Origin: a virus
Direction: 5' to 3' (one strand)
Virus record (IMG/VR): IMGVR_UViG_3300022932_000018
Location: 3,578 to 67,577 of that record
DNA length: 64,000 bases
Positions 56,499 through 64,000 of the stretch are shown one piece after another. Position numbers and translations under genes: made by a program. The notes beneath the pieces were generated by a model that was not told where the DNA came from, ran no database searches, and saw only the letters and a program-made list of their open reading frames with translations. Numbering within the stretch: the stretch's first letter is position 1; each line of letters opens with the position of its first letter.

Positions 56499-56873
56499 TC
56501 ATTTCATCAATTTTACCAGCACCCCATAAGTGATGCCGTAGTGAGAGAATAGGGATTGTGCGGATTGGAGGGCGGTGGGAAGGGGATGATTCAGGCCAAG
56601 CTCATCACCATGAGAATAGTCAAAGTAGCCTTCATACGGTTCCGGCAATGGATTTATATGCGCCGCCGCTTCCTCCTCGCTCATATCCCAACTGCGCAGG
56701 GCGATTTCGTAGGTGCCTGGGGGAAGTTGTATTGACCCCCGTTGTCCGCGCCATCTGGGGTAATAGGTCAGCCAATAATTGCGGTTGGCTGACGGGTGAA
56801 TCTGTAAATCCGTAGTTTTTGGTGGCAGCCATATGAGCACATATTCTGCGGAGTTAAGGGTTACGGGTATCAT
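56499..56873 (-). CDS. Hypothetical protein
   Basis: ATGA overlap with the upstream ORF. Confidence 0.55.
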   Translation of the reverse strand: MIPVTLNSAEYVLIWLPPKTTDLQIHPSANRNYWLTYYPRWRGQRGSIQLPPGTYEIALRSWDMSEEEAAAHINPLPEPYEGYFDYSHGDELGLNHPLPTALQSAQSLFSHYGITYGVLVKLMK

Positions 56874-57184
56874 GGTACGGGTGGTTGGGGGAGGTGCATG
56901 AAGTGGGATGGTTGGACGTTCTGCCTGCTGAATGGGTCGTCAGAATTGACCCAGCGTCCGAAGCCTTCTGACCATTCGTAATCACACCAACGCACTCCAA
57001 TATAGGGGTCTGGCAAAGGCTCCCACAAGTCTACTATTGTCCCGTCCTTCGGCGCATCCGCTATCGGCAACCACTCCTTTCCATAATGCGCTGCGGCAAG
57101 GGTGGCGATGTTAGCGGACACCCGCACCGTATCAGAGTAGCCAGCATCAACCAGCATGTCGTGTATCTTGTCTTTCAGTTCCAT
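56870..57184 (-). CDS. DUF551-like protein
   Basis: WLPIADAPKDGT...PSHFMHLPQPP motif. Confidence 0.7.
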   Translation of the reverse strand: MELKDKIHDMLVDAGYSDTVRVSANIATLAAAHYGKEWLPIADAPKDGTIVDLWEPLPDPYIGVRWCDYEWSEGFGRWVNSDDPFSRQNVQPSHFMHLPQPPVP

Positions 57185-57198
57185 CAGTTTTTTGGGGT

Positions 57199-57474
57199 TT
57201 AAAAAGGCATAGGTGATGAGTCTATCGGGGTCTCTCTATTTGAAACATAGATAGATTTAAGGTGCTCAAGATATTCTACAGGGTTTGTCCCGCTGTTCTT
57301 AAATGCCTCAGTTCGCAATAATTCCATGCATATTTCTAGGCCAAGTAAATAAAACTCTCTTGACATAATCAAGCTTTCTAGATACATGTCATGCGCATAG
57401 TTTGCATCTTGTGCATGCTGACCTTCTTCGTAGGCTTGTTCTGCTTGCTGTTCGTGGTACTGTTGTGCTTCCAT
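57199..57474 (-). CDS. Hypothetical protein
   Basis: 91-aa ORF. Confidence 0.55.
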   Translation of the reverse strand: MEAQQYHEQQAEQAYEEGQHAQDANYAHDMYLESLIMSREFYLLGLEICMELLRTEAFKNSGTNPVEYLEHLKSIYVSNRETPIDSSPMPF

Positions 57475-57722
57475 CAGTCCTTATTTGAAATGGTGAAGGG
57501 GATGTCGATTGTGAGGGGGCGGAAATATTCCTTAGTCCAGCCGTTATGTATTGCGCCTTCTGGGTAAGCCTTACAAGGCATTGCCGCGCCTTCAAAAAAT
57601 GAGCCTTCGTGTATCCCATTTGTAATGACAACACAGCCCATAGCCTCATTGCAAACCCATTGCGGCTTGCTCCAATCAATCTGTTCTTCTGCCGCCTGCT
57701 GCGGGATGGTTAGTTTGAGCAT
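57474..57722 (-). CDS. Hypothetical protein
   Basis: Coupled ORF. Confidence 0.55.
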   Translation of the reverse strand: MLKLTIPQQAAEEQIDWSKPQWVCNEAMGCVVITNGIHEGSFFEGAAMPCKAYPEGAIHNGWTKEYFRPLTIDIPFTISNKD

Positions 57723-57933
57723 CAGTATTCTTTGTTTAGGAGGTTAATTGTACAGCTTATCGCACCAGCAATACAGAAAGTAAGGAACACGGAAAATAAT
57801 AACAAGTCCGAGTCGTTTTTGGCGGATGCAACATTTTTGAAGTTTACTATCATTCCCATAATGGAGATTAATAGGCTGATTTGGTGGAATCTTTTCATGT
57901 CGTTTTTGTCTTATTAGGCGGGTGCAGCCTGGG

Positions 57934-58107
57934 TTACGATACTTTCATTTTCTTTTTAACCGCTTCTGCAAGGGCTGTGGCGGCGATGGATTGGGCTTTT
58001 TCGATTCCGCCAACAATAGATATATCGCTGGCAGTGTGGTAAGTTCGGACAATCACATTCCGGAGTTCGGATGGATTCTTTGGTTTCGGGCCGGTCTTCT
58101 TTGGCAT
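57934..58107 (-). CDS. Small basic protein divergent from the sigma gene (MPKKTGPKPKNPSELR...)
   Basis: Read manually; 57 aa, below the ORF-track cutoff. Confidence 0.5.
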   Translation of the reverse strand: MPKKTGPKPKNPSELRNVIVRTYHTASDISIVGGIEKAQSIAATALAEAVKKKMKVS

Positions 58108-58180
58108 TGGCTTAGTTTAATAAACCAAAGGTAGGTTAATTCAGTTTAATAACACTCGTAATTTTGAGCAAAGCGTTGCC

Positions 58181-59287
58181 ATGTTCAAGAAATTTCACGA
58201 TCCCAATGAGCCGGCCAGGATTCTGCCGGTGGAAGCCAGCATTGTGGCCCTGCTGAAATCGGTTCCTGAGATTCCTATGAGCAACGAAGAAGCGCTGTTG
58301 CTGCTGTGGAGCTATCGTGAAGAAGGTTGTATTGCCAGCCGGAACAAGATTGTCGAGGGCAATATGCGCTGGATAGTCAAGCTGTGCCGGGATATGACGC
58401 ACGGTGACGGGGTCATGGTTTCTGACCTTATCCCTGCTGCTACCATTGGCTACATTCAAGGCCTCGATTCTTTCAATCCCGACCATCAGGGCTATGAAGG
58501 GCGCACTACCAAGATAAACAGCCATTGCACCAATTGGATGCGCAAACGTATTTACGAGTACCTAGACGAACACAGCACTCCATACAAGACCAGCGACCGG
58601 GTGATAAAATACGCGAAAAAGGCAAAGAAGCAGGCTGAAAGAGAGCTGTCAGCTTCAGAGTTCGATGTACCTGTAGATGCGTTGATGGCCGATGTGTCCT
58701 CCCGTATTCGCTGCGGTGCTGTCGAGGTTTTATCACGGCACCGGGTAATGACGGATTCTGTGGAAGAGCTGGCCGATGCTGTTGCTGAACTTGGTCCTGA
58801 CCCGATGCTGCAGCTTTCAGAAATGTGTGCCTGCCTGGATGAAGATGATAGAACGATGCTTTATTCTCGCCTCAACTTTCACGGCTTCCCCGATTTTCAG
58901 GAGCTGTGTCTTTCGCTTGGTATCACTGTAAAACAAGGCGACAAAAAGATTCGCGGCATCATGGGCTACATAAAGGCTGGTGGCGGTCTTAAGAAGGTTG
59001 CTGAGCCCGTAGCCAGGCCAATGACTACCGAGCGTTCTGTGATGCTGCTCTGTGGCTGTATTGAGGATGAAGAATGCGAAGGACTGTGGCAGCACCCTAC
59101 CCTGCGCTTCAGCTTTTACGATACCGGACAAGGTTCTTTGCTCATGCAAGTGAACTCAAAAATTGACCTCGGCACAATACCGCTGACCCGCGATGCTGTG
59201 AAGCAGGTTATCATAGCCTTCAACCCGATACCGCAAAAGATGAAGATTATCCCTGTTGCTGTTGGGGTTCAGGGGGTGATGTTTTAG
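58181..59287 (+). CDS. Phage-encoded sigma70-family factor with C-terminal extension
   Basis: Region 1.2/2 SRNKIVEGNMRWIVKLC...SDLIPAATIGYIQGLDSFNP...NWMRKRI; region-4-like LDEDDR...FQELCLSLGIT; TAATTTTG box at 58159-58166. Confidence 0.8.
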   Translation: MFKKFHDPNEPARILPVEASIVALLKSVPEIPMSNEEALLLLWSYREEGCIASRNKIVEGNMRWIVKLCRDMTHGDGVMVSDLIPAATIGYIQGLDSFNPDHQGYEGRTTKINSHCTNWMRKRIYEYLDEHSTPYKTSDRVIKYAKKAKKQAERELSASEFDVPVDALMADVSSRIRCGAVEVLSRHRVMTDSVEELADAVAELGPDPMLQLSEMCACLDEDDRTMLYSRLNFHGFPDFQELCLSLGITVKQGDKKIRGIMGYIKAGGGLKKVAEPVARPMTTERSVMLLCGCIEDEECEGLWQHPTLRFSFYDTGQGSLLMQVNSKIDLGTIPLTRDAVKQVIIAFNPIPQKMKIIPVAVGVQGVMF

Positions 59288-59551
59288 GCAATGCCTTTTT
59301 GTACTGCTTGGCAAAAGTAGAGAACCTTTTGAAGTCGGTCTGTATAAACAGTTCCCCTGCTGTTTCTCTTGAATATCTGTCCTTCACATTACATTTGAAT
59401 CCTACTTCATTCAGGTAGGCGTTAATGCAAGAATCAATCTGGCCATCGTGCCGGAATTTCATTACAAGCCTCAAGTATTTCCAGATACCATAGTTTGCGT
59501 GGCTCTCTACTGACTCGTTGTCGGCAGGAGGCGATTTGATGAATTTCCTCA
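59247..59551 (-). CDS. Hypothetical protein
   Basis: Likely start MRKFIK near 59551 (approximate). Confidence 0.4.
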
Positions 59552-59983
59552 TGATTTTCGTTTTAGTTTGGCCTTGGCCTTTTTGGAGAGTTTGAGGGGT
59601 TGCGCGAACATGGCGCGTTGTGCATCCGAACACGTTGTGTTTATAAAATCCAGGAGTCCGGCATTATGCCTTACAGAACGCAAGATAGATGGCGCGGTGC
59701 CTGTGTCTATGAAATGCGTGTGAGGAATGGCTTTGCGGATATCCTCGTACACTGTGTCGACTATTTCTTCCGCTTTCTTTTGGTGTAATCCCGCAGCGCC
59801 TAATAGTGCACCCTGCCCTACAATGCCAATTACGGTTCTTTGTTCTGGCTTAGCCACTATTTCAACGGCTGCCGCTCCATAAGTAGCTTTCTGGAGTTGG
59901 ATATTCAGGTTAGCTTCTCGGTGGTTTTCTTCTTCGACCTGCATAAGCAGCAGACTTGCGAGTGTTTCTTGATGCGGTGTCAT
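59549..59983 (-). CDS. Hypothetical protein
   Basis: 144-aa ORF. Confidence 0.5.
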   Translation of the reverse strand: MTPHQETLASLLLMQVEEENHREANLNIQLQKATYGAAAVEIVAKPEQRTVIGIVGQGALLGAAGLHQKKAEEIVDTVYEDIRKAIPHTHFIDTGTAPSILRSVRHNAGLLDFINTTCSDAQRAMFAQPLKLSKKAKAKLKRKS

Positions 59984-60069
59984 TGCGTTGAATTATTTAG
60001 GCCGGTTACACCAGCAGAGGTAAAGAAAAGAACCAATTACAAATCCTGTGATGAAGGGTAGCATGGGCG

Positions 60070-60948
60070 TCAATTAAAAAACGGGTGATTGGATAGTTCC
60101 GCTGCATTCTCTGCCTTGTTGATGCGGATGTACTTAAAGAAGGATTCCTCTGTCTTGTGGCCAGTGATAAGCATAATCCTGGCCGTTTCTATCTTGCTCA
60201 GGTACGCATTGGTTGCAAAGCTACGGCGTGCGGTGTGTGAGGTGATAAGCCTGTAACGTGGGCTGCTCATTTTCATCACCTGCTTATTGATGCTGCGCTC
60301 GTAATGCTCAATCTGAGTGAGGCCCGAAAGTCTGCCAATGTCGGAGAGCTTGCCGTTAAACTCTATCAGGTCGCCTTTCAGCGGTGGCGGGTTGCCGTTG
60401 TACTTACGGAAGATTTTCGCAGCCAGCTTGTGGATGGGAATTACTACCCGCTGCTTCCTTTTTTCTGTCAGGATGGAAAAGCAATCCCCTGCGACGTGCT
60501 CACGACCCAAACGAATGTAATCTGAGTGCCGCAAACCTGTCACGCAGCCCAGAATAAACCTGTCACGGGCCAACTGTAAGCGGGATGGTAAAAGAGCGCC
60601 TGCAATGAGCTTTATTTCGTCTTGCGTGAGGTAGATGGCGTGGCTTTCTTCTTTGTCGGCCTGGAAAATATGGATGGTCGTGTTTATCCGGTGTCCGTGC
60701 CTTGCCGCTGATTGTATCAGGGCTTTCATTTTTGATATAAACAGGCCGACGGTATTAACTGCCAGTCCTTCTGCAAACAGGGCGTTGACCAGTATCTGCA
60801 GGCCTTCTGTGTTGATGTCCGTATAGGCTACGGTTCCGGTCGCGGCTTCTGCGCGTTTCAGCATGCCAGCAAAGGTGCCCCACGATTTCAATGTTCTGGG
60901 GTTCGTGTATTGCTGGACGATTACGGGTAAATGCTCGAGCAGGGTCAT
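60070..60948 (-). CDS. Tyrosine recombinase (Bacteroidota integrase-like, no N-terminal arm-binding domain)
   Basis: TGLRHSD, TEK, SHTARRSF, TGH and KY catalytic residues. Confidence 0.9.
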   Translation of the reverse strand: MTLLEHLPVIVQQYTNPRTLKSWGTFAGMLKRAEAATGTVAYTDINTEGLQILVNALFAEGLAVNTVGLFISKMKALIQSAARHGHRINTTIHIFQADKEESHAIYLTQDEIKLIAGALLPSRLQLARDRFILGCVTGLRHSDYIRLGREHVAGDCFSILTEKRKQRVVIPIHKLAAKIFRKYNGNPPPLKGDLIEFNGKLSDIGRLSGLTQIEHYERSINKQVMKMSSPRYRLITSHTARRSFATNAYLSKIETARIMLITGHKTEESFFKYIRINKAENAAELSNHPFFN

Positions 60949-60958
60949 GGTATTGGTT

Positions 60959-61183
60959 TTAACGTCCGTGAATTAATTGCATGCCCTGCGGATTTGCATA
61001 GCCGATGATCACACTGTCCGGAGTTACCCGCTCAACTCTCAAAAGGTCGCCGGCTGCTGGCGGGTCTTCTGGCATGTCGATGTAGGGGGTTTGTCGGCTT
61101 CCAATTCTCTGTACTCCACAGAATACAAGGGCAGCAAGTGAAAGGCAAAGCGCAACAAGTAGGAATTTCGATGTGCTGGTCAT
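60959..61183 (-). CDS. Small membrane-anchored protein
   Basis: N-terminal hydrophobic segment. Confidence 0.5.
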   Translation of the reverse strand: MTSTSKFLLVALCLSLAALVFCGVQRIGSRQTPYIDMPEDPPAAGDLLRVERVTPDSVIIGYANPQGMQLIHGR

Positions 61184-61512
61184 GGTTCGGATAGGATTTT
61201 TTTGAGTGCTGATAGTGCCTCCCGCGTTTCCTGCTCATTATCCAAGAAAGGGATGCTGTTAAAGATTGTTTGAATTTCCTGCATCTGCTCCGCTGTGAAC
61301 ACATACGCCTCCAGCGTAAAGTGGACGTCGTTTGGCACCGTATAGCTTTTAACAGTTTCCCTTTTTATTGGAATCGCCAGCTTAATTGTTTCTCCAAACT
61401 TATCCAGCATTTTCTGCTCTATGTGAGCTACAAAAGCATCTTCAGCAGGGTGAAACTGCAGGTTCGTTTCCGGTAGAATGTACTTTTCTTTTACCCACAT
61501 TTTATTGCTCAT
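61180..61512 (-). CDS. Hypothetical protein
   Basis: Coupled ORF. Confidence 0.55.
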   Translation of the reverse strand: MSNKMWVKEKYILPETNLQFHPAEDAFVAHIEQKMLDKFGETIKLAIPIKRETVKSYTVPNDVHFTLEAYVFTAEQMQEIQTIFNSIPFLDNEQETREALSALKKILSEP

Positions 61513-61822
61513 TTACTGCTTTCGCAAGTGAGGAAATGAGTTTCTGTACTATCGGGCTGTCCTGCCATTCTTCGGGCAGTTCGTCAACCAATGCCTTTGC
61601 TGCCTCCCATACTTCGGGCGCGGCTGTAAGCATGGCCATATCTGCGTCGGGGTTATCGCCTCCCATTGCGCCCTGGAGATTTGCGACGGTCCTTTTCATC
61701 CAGTCCTGTATTTCTTCGTCCGGGTCGTTTGTTGGAAAAGCAATGTCAGTCGTGCTGATAATCATTGTGCCTACCTGCTTCCACGGGTAAGGGGTGCCTT
61801 TAAATTGTAGGTTGGTTTGCAT
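61502..61822 (-). CDS. Hypothetical protein (AAPE/AAPD family)
   Basis: FKGTPYPW...ADMAMLTAAPEV; ATG 61822. Confidence 0.6.
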   Translation of the reverse strand: MQTNLQFKGTPYPWKQVGTMIISTTDIAFPTNDPDEEIQDWMKRTVANLQGAMGGDNPDADMAMLTAAPEVWEAAKALVDELPEEWQDSPIVQKLISSLAKAVNEQ

Positions 61823-61826
61823 GGTG

Positions 61827-62111
61827 CTATGGGTTGTAGTGTGGATTTGCTTTGAGCAATATTGAGCGTATTTCGGCAATTGCTGGGGAGTCTTTCGCCA
61901 TAAGCGGCGCAAACGTGTTTACGCATGCTTTCAGAGCTTTGTACAGGTCTGGAGCGGCGGCAATCAGTTGGGCGTTGGCGTACATTTCGTCAAAGCCTTC
62001 GATGTCGGTGTTTTCTATGGTAACTATGTGTGCATCGCTTGATGTCAATACGCTGCACAGCCAATTGTTATGAGGGCTGTATTCCCACGGGCCTTTGGTA
62101 AACTTTTCCAT
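61827..62111 (-). CDS. Hypothetical protein (AAPD family)
   Basis: FTKGPW...ANAQLIAAAPDLYKAL. Confidence 0.7.
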   Translation of the reverse strand: MEKFTKGPWEYSPHNNWLCSVLTSSDAHIVTIENTDIEGFDEMYANAQLIAAAPDLYKALKACVNTFAPLMAKDSPAIAEIRSILLKANPHYNP

Positions 62112-62116
62112 GATGG

Positions 62117-62430
62117 TTATTTGATGAAGCGTAAGTAAGAGGCGCCGGAATTGCGCAGGATGGTAAGAAGGTTGTCGATTTCTCTGTCGCTGGCTTCGTA
62201 TGCTATTTCTATGTCTGTAGCCGTGTAAAGATGCTCCTGCAGTGTTTCGTCTACATCCGTGTAACTGCGGAGCGAATCCAGAGCTTTAAGCGTGTCTTCG
62301 CTCACCTCTGCCCGTGGGATGCTGTGGATGGTTACAAGTTCGCTGTCCTGTAACTCTGCGGCAAACTGCTTTACTTCCTCCAATTTGAGGTGACCGCCTG
62401 CACAGGCTTCTAAAAATTCGTGGATGTTCA
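62117..62430 (-). CDS. Hypothetical protein
   Basis: Likely start MNIHEF near 62430 (approximate). Confidence 0.5.
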
Positions 62431-62479
62431 TGGGATTTAAAATTTGCAAAGCCACGGGAATTGAACCCGTGACCGGCCT

Positions 62480-62761
62480 TTAACCTTGCTTTGTCTGTAG
62501 AGCGTTACGAACTTGTTCGAGATATTCCTGCCTCTGGTCATACCATTCGTAGTACAACTCGCGCCGAGCTTTAATATCCCTTGCTTTCTTCTGCAAGGGC
62601 TCCAAAGAAGTGGCAAGCAGTATTTCATCGACACCAACAGAGCCGGATGACGCATCATCAAGATAGCGACCAAGAAAATCCGAGCCGGAATCCAACACGC
62701 TGTCGAATTGGTTTCCGTATATAGCGCGGACTTTGCTTTTAAACTTTTCTGTGTATTCCAT
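62480..62761 (-). CDS. Hypothetical protein
   Basis: 93-aa ORF. Confidence 0.6.
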   Translation of the reverse strand: MEYTEKFKSKVRAIYGNQFDSVLDSGSDFLGRYLDDASSGSVGVDEILLATSLEPLQKKARDIKARRELYYEWYDQRQEYLEQVRNALQTKQG

Positions 62762-62908
62762 TCGTTTATTGTTGATTGAGCCAGTCAGTATCTGCGGCCC
62801 ATTGTGAGAGATAATTTTCTTCCTGATCTTTTCTGATTACTTCGATGCCCTGCCAAAAGCACCATTTTGCGAAGTCAATCATCTGTGCGGCTGTGTAGGT
62901 GGATGGCA

Positions 62909-63142
62909 TTATTGCGAGATTTGGCAAACTTTTTCGATTGTTTGTTGAAGTTCTTTCACAGTGATGGCGAATGCACAGCCAGCATATTTGCCTCGACTGA
63001 TATAAACAATAGGGGCTCCTCCCATCATTCCTGTACAGTATATCGCGCCTGTACCTTGTTCGTCCTTGAGCTCAAAGCCGTCATTTGCTGCAAACATTGC
63101 AGAACCCATGTTCTGTAACACAATTTCAATTGTTCCTTCCAT
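62909..63142 (-). CDS. Hypothetical protein
   Basis: Coupled ORF. Confidence 0.5.
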   Translation of the reverse strand: MEGTIEIVLQNMGSAMFAANDGFELKDEQGTGAIYCTGMMGGAPIVYISRGKYAGCAFAITVKELQQTIEKVCQISQ

Positions 63143-63384
63143 TATTGCGGGTTTTTATGGTTATGGCATTTGCTGCCGGTTGTTTTTACTGATACGGTGC
63201 AGGGCTTGCCTGCCTTTGTAGGTTCGCCACACTTTGGAGTAGCAGGGTCGTGCTGCTTGCAATAGCTTCCTGTGGCTTTGCGAGTGCATTGGCTGCCCTT
63301 TTTTGTCGTGGCTGTACAAATACCCTGTGCGAGTGCTGCAAGGCTGGAAACGGCTAAAAATGCGGTAAGGATTGCGTGTTTCAT
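63142..63384 (-). CDS. Secreted protein with two DUF5763-like Cys/His repeats
   Basis: Signal peptide; CTATTKKGSQC...YCKQH and CGEPTKAGKPC...KCHNH. Confidence 0.65.
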   Translation of the reverse strand: MKHAILTAFLAVSSLAALAQGICTATTKKGSQCTRKATGSYCKQHDPATPKCGEPTKAGKPCTVSVKTTGSKCHNHKNPQ

Positions 63385-63439
63385 TTTTGATGTTTAAAGG
63401 GTGTTGGAATACCTGGCGGCTTTCCCGCTCCGGCTGGTG

Positions 63440-63637
63440 TTATGCCTTGCACCTTCTTTTAAGAGTGCTCAGGTCTTTCTGTGTAGGGTTGTCTGCGTTA
63501 TGTGTAGCGTCAACTAATGGCATGTCAGATGTTGTTATACTCCATTTTTTGCCCGTCGCAGGGCTGGTGTAGATTACTTTGTAGTGGCCATGTCCAGCTG
63601 GCAGGAACCGGAAATCTGTTATTGTTGTCCTTCCCAT
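63440..63637 (-). CDS. Hypothetical protein
   Basis: GHGHYKVIYTSP motif. Confidence 0.55.
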   Translation of the reverse strand: MGRTTITDFRFLPAGHGHYKVIYTSPATGKKWSITTSDMPLVDATHNADNPTQKDLSTLKRRCKA

Positions 63638-63655
63638 TGTTACACGTTTTTGAGG

Positions 63656-64000
63656 TTAAAAATTAATGTTGTGCTGCTGCATGAGCTTGTGAATGCCCAT
63701 GTACAGGAATGACCACCAATTGCGCAAAACAGCGTCTTCCTGCTTCTCTGTGGCATCAGGTGCCAGTGTCTGCCATTCCTTAGCAATATCCAGGATGCGG
63801 TGGTTCTCGTAGTCAACATTAAAAGAAGATGGAAGTCCCTGCATCCATCCGATAAATGCGGCTTGCTTGCCCTTGCGCTGCTCGTTCGGGTTGTTGTCCC
63901 ACATCTCGGCTTTGAAAGTATCTGCAAGGAACTGTATGCGCTCTGCATCTGTTGCCAGTGTGCGGTCGTATGGCTGCCCGTCGATTGAAGCGAGAACGTT
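63656..64000 (-). CDS. Hypothetical protein, probably starting beyond the window
   Basis: AFIGWMQGLPSSFNVDYEN motif; the frame appears to continue upstream. Confidence 0.5.
   Translation of the reverse strand, partial: NVLASIDGQPYDRTLATDAERIQFLADTFKAEMWDNNPNEQRKGKQAAFIGWMQGLPSSFNVDYENHRILDIAKEWQTLAPDATEKQEDAVLRNWWSFLYMGIHKLMQQHNINF

Noticed and set aside
1-64000. Prophage boundaries, host genes, canonical tRNAs, CRISPR arrays
   Set aside because: No host housekeeping context, att repeats, intact canonical tRNA or repeat-spacer array was seen by eye.

Overview
The whole window looks like most of the genome of a tailed (probably podovirus-like) phage of a Bacteroidota host. The host inference rests on many TAnnTTTG-type promoters and few Shine-Dalgarno sites. 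A + strand late block (~5.6-29.5 kb) holds terminase, portal, scaffold, major capsid, tail-ring/adaptor proteins, fibres/spikes, a lysis cassette and a large tail protein, in a crAss-like order. It converges on a - strand block of probable ejection proteins that includes a 3026-aa polyvalent protein. The remaining - strand genes are early/middle: RNase H1, PAPS-reductase-like protein, SLOG protein, DNA methylase, DnaB plus initiator, exonuclease/annealing pair, HNH nucleases, a tyrosine recombinase and many small ORFs. One sigma70-like gene sits alone on the + strand. The most striking unannotated signals are non-coding. (1) A stand-alone, circularly permuted tRNA-like gene (15341-15450) has its own promoter and terminator. 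(2) An 8-copy YGnnCGTAHTAT motif precedes virion-module genes on both strands and is a likely late promoter for the phage sigma. (3) Four promoter-proximal leaders have complementary (kissing-loop/pseudoknot) segments, two of them clear homologues with covariation. (4) Two long hairpin-rich intergenic regions may encode ncRNAs. All protein calls come from motif recognition and synteny; no searches were run.
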